Source of the DNA: Thalassobaculum sp. | Lineage (GTDB): Bacteria; Pseudomonadota; Alphaproteobacteria; Thalassobaculales; Thalassobaculaceae | NCBI RefSeq assembly: GCF_040219215.1 | Contig: NZ_JAVJSX010000024.1 | Location: 32,403 to 96,402 of the forward strand | Reading direction: 5' to 3' | Length of the DNA stretch: 64,000 bases | Shown here: one piece after another, positions 27,655 through 34,707 of the stretch | Numbering within the stretch: the stretch's first letter is position 1 | Layout: the number at the start of each line of letters is the position of its first letter | Translations under genes and position numbers: made by a program | Notes under the pieces: model-generated | What the model was told of the DNA's origin: nothing | Databases searched by the model: none | The model's input: the letters and a program-made list of their open reading frames with translations, nothing else

Positions 27655-27924
27655 ATGGCAGTCTATTTAATCACCTACGACCTGAATAACGAGACCGTGC
27701 GCCCGAAGATCGTCAAGGACATTAAGGCGTATGACAACTGGGCGTGCCTGTCCGAATCGTCATATGCCGTTGTCTCCGACGGGACGCCCGAAGCCGTCTA
27801 CAACTACCTGTCCAAGCATCTCGACGGTGACGACACTCTCTATGTGATCAGCCTTCGGCGACCGTATTCCGGGCAAGGCTCGAAGGCTGTGAACGACTGG
27901 CTCGACACCAACCTTCAGTGGTGA
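27655..27924 (+). CDS. Orphan Cas2-like small protein (ferredoxin-fold pattern), function unknown
   Basis: 89 aa, MAVYLITYDLNNETVRPKIVKDIKAYDNWACLSESSYAVVSDGTPEAVYNYLSKHLDGDDTLYVISL.... The beta-alpha-beta-beta-alpha-beta pattern and the N-terminal YxxxYD(I/L/V) strand with Asp9 resemble Cas2. G/C-ending codons support coding. Confidence 0.6.
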   Translation: MAVYLITYDLNNETVRPKIVKDIKAYDNWACLSESSYAVVSDGTPEAVYNYLSKHLDGDDTLYVISLRRPYSGQGSKAVNDWLDTNLQW

Positions 27925-28082
27925 ACCGCACCGAAGCCTGCGCCGTCAATCGGCGCCTCACCTCGGCAACCTGACCCGACGTGTCGGGCTGGAGCACAAG
28001 GCGATCATCCTCAAGCGCAACGCGCATTGTGGCGGTCCCGGATGAGATCGCTAAGCCTCGGTCAGCGCAAGCTGGCCGAGGT

Positions 28083-28229
28083 CTACTTTTCGCGACGCTC
28101 CTGGACCTTCGGAGGATGCTTTGGTTCTTCGTCCTTATGCGGCTTCAGCGTGGTCCGCAACAGGTTTCTGCCCACCTTCTTGAACCGAGGATCGTCCTCG
28201 GCCCGCTTGTCGTCCTTGGAGTCAGTCAT
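28083..28229 (-). CDS. Hypothetical 48-aa highly charged peptide
   Basis: MTDSKDDKRAEDDPRFKKVGRNLLRTTLKPHKDEEPKHPPKVQERREK. Strong G/C third-position bias, whereas the same-region plus-frame extension is Ser/Arg junk. Its ATG (28229-28227) overlaps the HEPN-like ATG (28228-28230) within CATG. Confidence 0.4.
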   Translation of the reverse strand: MTDSKDDKRAEDDPRFKKVGRNLLRTTLKPHKDEEPKHPPKVQERREK

Positions 28230-28761
28230 GAACGGGCGAATCCCCGGTGACGTTGTTGAAGCTCTATGCGGCGCTGTCGGCCATGTGGTCGTAAACTGGG
28301 CGTTTGTTGAGGTCGCAGTGGATACATGCATTGCGACGATCTACCAAAACGCCGGGGGCAAACACATAGAACGAGAGATCCCAAGCGCTATCGGTCGCAA
28401 GGTCAAATTTCTTCGTCGGTGCATCAAGCAGATCGGCGCGCTGTCACTATATCGCACGGAAGGCGACCAACTGCTCAATAGAGTGAACGCTGTGAAGGAC
28501 ACGCGGCACATGCTCGTGCACGGATGCGTCACCGGCTACGAGCGAGAAAATCACGCATTCACGTTTGCCAAGATGGACACCATCAACAACCGGACCCGGC
28601 ACAAACTCAATCCATCAAAGTTTACCGCACAGCAGATTCTCGATGACGGAACCGAGTGTCAGACCTTGGCCCGCGACCTGACTCGCTTCAGCCAACGCCT
28701 GTTCGAGGCTTTCCCTAGTGAGGATGAATTGAACAACGGCCCTAGCACCATCGGAGGCTAG
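28228..28761 (+). CDS. Hypothetical protein with a HEPN-like R-x4-H motif (candidate HEPN ribonuclease)
   Basis: 177 aa from the ATG at 28228 (GGAG at 28218-28221). It is predicted helical with ...LLNRVNAVKDTRHMLVHGCV..., where R93-x4-H98-G matches the HEPN signature R[NHD]xxxH(G). The upstream 67 codons of ORF 28027..28761 look non-coding. Confidence 0.6.
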   Translation: MNGRIPGDVVEALCGAVGHVVVNWAFVEVAVDTCIATIYQNAGGKHIEREIPSAIGRKVKFLRRCIKQIGALSLYRTEGDQLLNRVNAVKDTRHMLVHGCVTGYERENHAFTFAKMDTINNRTRHKLNPSKFTAQQILDDGTECQTLARDLTRFSQRLFEAFPSEDELNNGPSTIGG

Positions 28762-28928
28762 TGCGTCGCTCAATTTCCATTGTTCAGGGTCGACGCAACG
28801 TCCCGTTCAAGTGTTGCTAGTACACGGATTTGTCGGTCTAACCGAATCTTGAAAACTCTCTTTGTTCATTACAGAGATTCCGATGGCGCGAAATCAAGCG
28901 CCCTCTGGCGCTGCTTCACGCCAACGCC

Positions 28929-29123
28929 CTAGTCATGGCGACAAAAGAACCCCTTAACGGAATCGCGACGGTACATCAGCGTCGGGATCGAGATCTCGTC
29001 AGTCTCTTCTTTTGCATCAGGTTCAAAATTGCTTTGACTGATTTGCGCCGCGCTCGCCGGGACCGGGCCGCCGGTCAGCAGGAAGGGTGCGAAAGCCAGG
29101 AACGAGAGAGGTTTCTTCAGCAT
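28929..29123 (-). CDS. Possible small secreted protein
   Basis: 64 aa from the internal ATG: MLKKPLSFLAFAPFLLTGGPVPASA|AQISQSNFEPDAKEETDE.... Signal-peptide-like N-terminus with an ASA cleavage motif. Weak support otherwise. Confidence 0.35.
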   Translation of the reverse strand: MLKKPLSFLAFAPFLLTGGPVPASAAQISQSNFEPDAKEETDEISIPTLMYRRDSVKGFFCRHD

Positions 29124-29544
29124 GGGAGCGCTCCTCGATTTGAACCGTCGCAGCATGCGCTGCGCGCACGTGTCACTCTTCAGATGGCGCTCTTTTTATC
29201 GGTAATTTCGAAACATTTTCTTTCCAATCAATATTAAAAATTTGTAAAATTGGCTTATTGCAAGTTTAGAGTGTCGCTCTTCAAATCGACCGCGTAGTCG
29301 AGACACAGAATTGATGGCCGATTTCGGTCGCGTCGGTTGATGGTGCGAAAGCCGGATCGACACGCTTCGCCAGATGCCCGGTCGACCACCGGCACGGCCG
29401 CCGGTCAGATGATCGTGCGCAACGCGACGCCGCCGCTCTGATATGCGGAAAGCCACTTCAAGGCAGTCCTGGTCTGGCCCTCGTATCGGCCCCGGGTGAT
29501 GGTGCGCGGGTGGTTTCTCCGCCCTTAACGGTGAAGCGACAGCC

Positions 29545-30366
29545 TCACACCAGCGCGAATACCCGGGCCGGTCCGCCGGAGCCGCCGCGATGTTTCGGCG
29601 CCCCGACGACCAGGGTCGCACCCTTGGCCGGCACCTTGTCCAGGTTGGCGATGCACTCGACACCCCAGCGGTTGCTCGGCAGCCAAGCGTAGTGCGTCGC
29701 AAAGTCCCCGGACTGCCCGAAGTCGAGCGACAGCGTGTCGACCGCCATGCCGACCGCCGAGCTTTCCTCCATCAGCATCTTGGTGGCCTCGGGGTGGAAG
29801 CCCGGGAAGTGCATCTTCTTGTCGGCGCCGACGTTGCGGAACTTGTCGGTGGCAGCATGCTTGTCCCAGCCAGAGTTCATGGCGACGCAGCACTTGTCCG
29901 GCAGCGGGCCGTTCGAGGCGATCCAGGCCTTGATGTCCTCCGGCGTCACCTGGGCGTCGGGGTCGGCGGATGCCTTGGCCCGGATGTCGACCACCGCGAG
30001 CGGCACCACGAGGTTCGCCACCGGGATCTCGGCGACGCTCTGGCCGTCCTTCGAGAAGTGCAGCGGCGCGTCGACATGGGTTCCGGTGTGCTCGTTCACC
30101 GTGATGACGCTGAGGTTGAAGCCGTTCTTGTCGAAGCTGAACTTCTCTTCGGTCGCGAACTGCGATTCACCGAAATAGGTCGGAAACGCCGGATGCAGCT
30201 CATGGGTCATGTCCTCGACCTGGCCCGTCCCGGCAGCCAGGGCGGGCGACGCCCCCGCGGCGGTCCCGACGGCCGCGGCGGCAGCTCCGGCCGCAGTGAC
30301 CTTGAAGATGTCGCGCCGGCTGAGCATGCGGCGCTTGACGGATTCGACGACACAGTGATGGCACAT
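29545..30366 (-). CDS. Cyclase family protein (kynurenine formamidase-like, PF04199-type) with a twin-arginine signal
   Basis: ...MLSRRDIFKVTAAGAAAAAVGTAAGASPALA (Tat motif SRRDIFK). HTGTHVDAPLHF metal-binding motif of putative cyclases. The start is probably the ATG at 30327. Confidence 0.85.
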   Translation of the reverse strand: MCHHCVVESVKRRMLSRRDIFKVTAAGAAAAAVGTAAGASPALAAGTGQVEDMTHELHPAFPTYFGESQFATEEKFSFDKNGFNLSVITVNEHTGTHVDAPLHFSKDGQSVAEIPVANLVVPLAVVDIRAKASADPDAQVTPEDIKAWIASNGPLPDKCCVAMNSGWDKHAATDKFRNVGADKKMHFPGFHPEATKMLMEESSAVGMAVDTLSLDFGQSGDFATHYAWLPSNRWGVECIANLDKVPAKGATLVVGAPKHRGGSGGPARVFALV

Positions 30367-30535
30367 GACTCGACCCCCCCGCTCGATCGGCCGGTCCCGG
30401 ATCGGCCGGCTCGCCTGCCCCTAGGGTGCAGCCACGCGGACGGAAACTCCAGTGTTACGGGATACGATCGCCGGATTGCCCTTGCCCGACCTCGACGCTA
30501 CGGTCTGCGACATCCGCTGCAACGCCCGGGCGACG

Positions 30536-32155
30536 ATGAACCAGTACGACACCGACCTCGACAAATCGCCGGCCAACTACGTGCCGCTGACGCCGCTGTC
30601 GTTTCTCGACCGCACGGCCGCGGTGTTCCCGAGCCGGCTGGCGGTCGTGCACGGCAAGCGTCGCTACACCTGGGCGGAAGCCGCGGCGCGCTGCCGCCGG
30701 CTCGGCTCGGCGCTGACCAGGCGGGGGATCGGCAAGGGCGACACTGTCGCCGCCATGCTGCCCAATACCCCGGAGGCGTTCGAGGCGGCGCACGGCGTGC
30801 CGATGACCGGCGCCGTGCTGAACATGCTGAACACCCGGCTCGACGCCGAGGCGCTCGCCTTCATGCTCGACCACGGCGAAGCCAGCATCCTGCTCACCGA
30901 CACCGAGTTCGCGCCGACGATCGAAGCGGCGCTCGCCCGGACCACGCGCAAGCTCACCGTCATCGACGTCGATGACTCCGAGGGTCCCGGCGGCAAGAGG
31001 CTCGGCGAGACCGACTACGAGAGCTTCCTTGCCAGCGGCGACCCGGAATATCGCGGTATACGCCCGGCCGACGAATGGGACGCAATCGCCCTGAACTACA
31101 CCAGCGGCACCACGGGCGATCCCAAGGGCGTGGTCTACCACCATCGCGGGGCCTACCTGAACGCGTTGGGCAACGTCCTGACCTGGGGCATGAAGATGCA
31201 CCCGGTCTACCTGTGGACCCTGCCGATGTTCCACTGCAATGGCTGGTGCTTCCCCTGGACCATCACCGCCCAGGCCGGAACCCATGTCTGCCTGCGCAAG
31301 GTCGAGGCCAAGGCGATCTACGACACCTTCGCCGACGAGGGGGTGACCCATCTGTGCGGCGCGCCGATCGTCATGTCGATGCTGCTGAACGCAGCCGATG
31401 AGATCCGGCGGGAGTTCCCGCAGAAGGTCCAGATGATGACCGCGGCGTCGGCCCCGCCGGCCGCCGTCCTGGAAGGCATGGAACGGCTCGGCATCGAGGT
31501 CACCCATGTCTACGGCCTGACCGAAGTCTACGGTCCCGCGGTGGTCTGTGCCTGGCACGAGGAGTGGAGCGGCCGGCCGATCGAGGAACAGGCCGATCTG
31601 AAATCCCGCCAGGGCGTACGCTACCCGGTGCTGGAAGGCCTGATGGTGGCAAACCCGGACACCATGGAGCCGGTGCCGGCCGACGCCACGACCATGGGCG
31701 AGGTATTCCTGCGCGGCAACATCGTCATGAAGGGCTACCTGAAGAACCCCACCGCGACTGACAAGGCATTCAAGGACGGCTGGTTCCACTCCGGAGACCT
31801 CGGCGTCATGCACCCGGACGGCTATGTCGAGCTGAAGGACCGGTCCAAGGACATCATCATCTCCGGCGGCGAGAACATCTCCACCATCGAGGTCGAAGGC
31901 GTGCTGTACCGCCATCCGGCGATCCTGGACGCCGCGGTGGTGGCCAAGCCGGACGAGAAATGGGGCGAGACGCCCTGTGCGTTCGTCACGCTGCGCCCCG
32001 GCAAGACGGCAACCGCCGAGGAGGTGATCGCCTTCTGCCGAAAGCACCTCGCCGGATTCAAATGCCCCAAGACCGTGGTGTTCGGGGAATTGCCGAAGAC
32101 TTCGACCGGCAAGGTTCAGAAATTCGTGCTGCGCGAACTGGCGAAGGACGCATAG
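30536..32155 (+). CDS. Acyl-CoA synthetase (AMP-dependent, medium-chain type)
   Basis: ATG at 30536 gives MNQYDTDLDKSPANYVPLTPLSFLDRTAAVFP.... LNYTSGTTGDPKGVV AMP motif. C-terminus ...GKVQKFVLRE. Confidence 0.9.
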   Translation: MNQYDTDLDKSPANYVPLTPLSFLDRTAAVFPSRLAVVHGKRRYTWAEAAARCRRLGSALTRRGIGKGDTVAAMLPNTPEAFEAAHGVPMTGAVLNMLNTRLDAEALAFMLDHGEASILLTDTEFAPTIEAALARTTRKLTVIDVDDSEGPGGKRLGETDYESFLASGDPEYRGIRPADEWDAIALNYTSGTTGDPKGVVYHHRGAYLNALGNVLTWGMKMHPVYLWTLPMFHCNGWCFPWTITAQAGTHVCLRKVEAKAIYDTFADEGVTHLCGAPIVMSMLLNAADEIRREFPQKVQMMTAASAPPAAVLEGMERLGIEVTHVYGLTEVYGPAVVCAWHEEWSGRPIEEQADLKSRQGVRYPVLEGLMVANPDTMEPVPADATTMGEVFLRGNIVMKGYLKNPTATDKAFKDGWFHSGDLGVMHPDGYVELKDRSKDIIISGGENISTIEVEGVLYRHPAILDAAVVAKPDEKWGETPCAFVTLRPGKTATAEEVIAFCRKHLAGFKCPKTVVFGELPKTSTGKVQKFVLRELAKDA

Positions 32156-32157
32156 CA

Positions 32158-32188
32158 AAGCCCGCCTTCCGAGCCGAAAGGCGGGCTT
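32158..32188. terminator. Bidirectional terminator hairpin between convergent genes
   Basis: Perfect 11-bp stem AAGCCCGCCTT / AAGGCGGGCTT with a 9-nt loop. On the minus strand it is followed by TTTGCT. Confidence 0.6.
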
Positions 32189-32241
32189 CGGTGCCGACCC
32201 GGATCAGGGCCGGCGGTAATAAATGGGTGGAAGTTTCTCGA

Positions 32242-32409
32242 CTAGACGCGCTCCAGACGCATGATCTCGTCCTTGATGGCAAGCTTCTGACGTTTCAGGT
32301 CGTGCACGGTGACATCGTCGGGATGGGGGCGGCCCTCTTCGCGTTCGAGCTTGGCCTCCAGGGTTGCATGACGGCTACGCAGGCTATCAATCCGATCGGT
32401 GGTGGTCAT
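32242..32409 (-). CDS. DUF465 (YdcH-like) small protein
   Basis: Not in the ORF track because it is under 60 aa. AGGAGG Shine-Dalgarno sequence then ATG at 32409: MTTTDRIDSLRSRHATLEAKLEREEGRPHPDDVTVHDLKRQKLAIKDEIMRLERV*. Classic DUF465 pattern (H..L...I..E...P..D...I..LKK.KL.LKDEI). Confidence 0.75.
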   Translation of the reverse strand: MTTTDRIDSLRSRHATLEAKLEREEGRPHPDDVTVHDLKRQKLAIKDEIMRLERV

Positions 32410-32547
32410 ACGCACCTCCTTTCATCTATGCCGGGCCAGGATAGGCTCCGACTCCATACGCTACGCCTGTAGACCTGAGGGTGCAAAGCCCACCCGGCAA
32501 GGCCTTGAACGGTCGACAGAATGTCGCAGGCCCGCGCGAGGGGTGAT

Positions 32548-33906
32548 TCATCGGAAAACGGCTTCGACCGCCGCCGACACCGACAGCAGGGCATCGTCGC
32601 CCATGGTCTCGCCCATGAGCATGAGGCCGACCGGCGCCGAGCCCGGTTCGTGCACCGGCACCGTCGTAGCGCACCGGTCGAGGAAGTTGCCGACCGAACA
32701 GTTGCGCAGCATCAGGATGTTGTTCTTGGCGAACGCCTCGTCGCTGGCCTCCAACTCGGCGATCGGCGGAGCGATTCGCGCCGTGGTGGGCATAAGAACC
32801 GCATCGAACGGCGCGGTAACGGCATTGCAGGCCGCTTGAATTTCGGCCCGGCGCCGCACCAGCGTGATGTAGTCGACGGCCGACTGCTCCCCAGCGCGTC
32901 GGATCCGGACGACGACGCGCGGGTCGAACAGATCGGGCGCGCGGATCACGTGCCGGCTGTGCATCTCGTAGCACTCTACCGCCGCGAAACCGCCCTTGGC
33001 ATTGGCTTCGGAGATTTCCAGCAACTCCTTGAAGGGGATCTCGGTAACCACGGCTCCCGCCTCTGACAGCTTCGACAGCGCTGCCTCGAAGCACTGGGCC
33101 GTCGTGCCGTCGAGGTCCTCCAATACAAGGCTCTGCGGAACCGCGAAGCGCAATCCGGCGACCGAACGGCGGCCGATCGTTCGCACCGGTTCCCCGGCCA
33201 TCACGTGGTGGACCCGCGCGGCGCAGGCGATCGTCGGCGCCAGCGGGCCGATCGAGTCGAGCGTGGTCGACAGCGCGCACGCACCGGCCGTCGGCACCCG
33301 GCGCTGGGTCGGCTTGAAGCCGGCAAGCCCGCACAAACCGCTCGGGATCCGCACCGAGCCGCCGGTGTCGGAACCGATTCCGACTGTCGCCATGCCATCG
33401 GCCACGCTGACCGCCGCTCCGGATGACGATCCGCCGGGAATCCGCCGTGTATCGCGGTCCCAGGGGTTGGCCGGCGTGCCGTTGTGCGGGTTGATGCCGA
33501 TCCCCGAGAACGCGAACTCCGTCATGTTGGTCCGGCCGACCAGCACGGCCCCGGCTGCCCGCAACCGGGCGACGACCGGGGCGTCGGCCTCGGCCGGCGG
33601 TTCGTCGGCCATGACCTTGGACCCTGCGGTCGTCACATGGCCGCGAACGTCGAACAGGTCCTTGATCGAGATCGGCAGGCCTTCCAGGGGTCGCGGCGCC
33701 ACCCCGGCCCGGCGCAACCGATCGCTCGCCTCGGCCTCGGCCCGCGCGGTATCGGTCATCTGGTGGACGAACACCCTGGCCCCCTCGCCGGCCGGGTCGG
33801 CAGCGCGTTCCAGCGCGGTTTCCAGCAGGGCAGTCGCGCTGGTGCGGCCGACCTCCAGGTCGGTCAGCAGGGTCGCGATCGGGGTCAGTGGCGCAAAGCT
33901 CATCAC
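32548..33906 (-). CDS. Amidase (amidase-signature family)
   Basis: 452 aa. ...GLPISIKDLFDV...GGSSSGAAVSVADGMATVGIGSDTGGSVRIPS is the AS signature with the Ser-cisSer-Lys triad context. Confidence 0.9.
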   Translation of the reverse strand: MMSFAPLTPIATLLTDLEVGRTSATALLETALERAADPAGEGARVFVHQMTDTARAEAEASDRLRRAGVAPRPLEGLPISIKDLFDVRGHVTTAGSKVMADEPPAEADAPVVARLRAAGAVLVGRTNMTEFAFSGIGINPHNGTPANPWDRDTRRIPGGSSSGAAVSVADGMATVGIGSDTGGSVRIPSGLCGLAGFKPTQRRVPTAGACALSTTLDSIGPLAPTIACAARVHHVMAGEPVRTIGRRSVAGLRFAVPQSLVLEDLDGTTAQCFEAALSKLSEAGAVVTEIPFKELLEISEANAKGGFAAVECYEMHSRHVIRAPDLFDPRVVVRIRRAGEQSAVDYITLVRRRAEIQAACNAVTAPFDAVLMPTTARIAPPIAELEASDEAFAKNNILMLRNCSVGNFLDRCATTVPVHEPGSAPVGLMLMGETMGDDALLSVSAAVEAVFR

Positions 33907-34571
33907 AGGACTACCGGCAAGGTTTCGATGGAATAGGTGTGTTCAACCGCCGCCCCGGTATCCGGGTCCGCCAGCCGCATGGAGAAGCGGTCGGCATGGC
34001 GCAAGCCGCCGACCACCGGGACGGTGCCGCACAGCATTACCGTCCCCGGTTTCAGGCCGCCGTAACCGTCGATCAATTCGGCCAGCGGCCGGATCATCGC
34101 GAGAGTCCCAGACTGGTAGACGACTTCCTGTCCGTCGATCAGGGCACGGCTCTCAATGGTCAGGCGGTCCATCCAAGATCCGAGCTTTACCGGCCAGGCC
34201 GTCGTCGCCAGGACCTTTGGGCACATCTGCTTGGAGACCGGAATCGAGTAGCTCTCGACCTTGCGATCGGTGTGGTCTGAGCCGACCGTCAGCAGCAAGC
34301 CGTTCTCGGTCGCGATCAGGACCGGTTCCACCTCGCCCGAACTGTCGCCGCCGAGCACCTGAACCGAGGTGCGCTGCAGCACCTGCTCGACCGCGACCCG
34401 GTAGTACAGCGGGACGGTGCTTGGTCCTGGAACCCCGATCGCCGCCAGTTCCTCGATGTGATGGTCGAGCGCCGCCTTGTCGCGCCCGGTCCATCCCGCC
34501 ACGACGCAGTTCTCGACGGCAACCGTTGCCGGCCCGTCGGGCGTGGTGAAGTTCAACAGCCGCATGGTCAT
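33903..34571 (-). CDS. DUF2848 domain-containing protein
   Basis: ATG at 34571 with a GGAGAA Shine-Dalgarno sequence. MTMRLLNFTTPDGPATVAVENCVVAGWTGRDKAALDHHIEELAAIGVPGPSTVP... matches DUF2848 as recalled. Its stop overlaps the amidase start. Confidence 0.7.
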   Translation of the reverse strand: MTMRLLNFTTPDGPATVAVENCVVAGWTGRDKAALDHHIEELAAIGVPGPSTVPLYYRVAVEQVLQRTSVQVLGGDSSGEVEPVLIATENGLLLTVGSDHTDRKVESYSIPVSKQMCPKVLATTAWPVKLGSWMDRLTIESRALIDGQEVVYQSGTLAMIRPLAELIDGYGGLKPGTVMLCGTVPVVGGLRHADRFSMRLADPDTGAAVEHTYSIETLPVVL

Positions 34572-34707
34572 ATCGGTTCTCCCCGGTGCTCCGGACGATA
34601 GCGCCGCCTCCTCGCCCAAGGGAAGCCCGCGCGGCATCGCACGACCAGAGATTATTCAACGCCGACGAACGCTTGCCAGTCGCTGCAGCGCAGCATTACT
34701 CTGCACC

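Larger units (their letters stand above)
27012..29544. other. Accessory islet between prpE and the cyclase gene, AT-richer from about 27330 to 29300
   Basis: Only short ORFs with atypical composition and long non-coding stretches (27012-27654, 29124-29544). No integrase, transposase or tRNA was detected. Confidence 0.55.

Noticed and set aside
27925-28101. 59-aa minus-strand ORF (MRVALEDDRLVLQPDTSGQVAEV...) downstream of the 48-aa ORF and running antisense into the Cas2-like 3' end.
   Set aside because: It has no Shine-Dalgarno sequence, overlaps the better-supported Cas2-like gene, and has no recognisable motif.
28027-28227. N-terminal extension of the HEPN-like ORF (244-aa version starting at 28027).
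   Set aside because: The extension translates to Ser/Arg/Phe-rich low-complexity sequence (MWRSRMRSLSLGQRK...SSSLCGFSVV...). It is the reverse complement of a better-looking small ORF. The ATG at 28228 has a GGAG at proper spacing.
27012-29544. A CRISPR array or cas1 associated with the Cas2-like gene.
   Set aside because: No direct repeats of 24-40 nt with regular spacing are visible in the islet or anywhere else in the window, and no Cas1-like or other Cas-like ORF is present.
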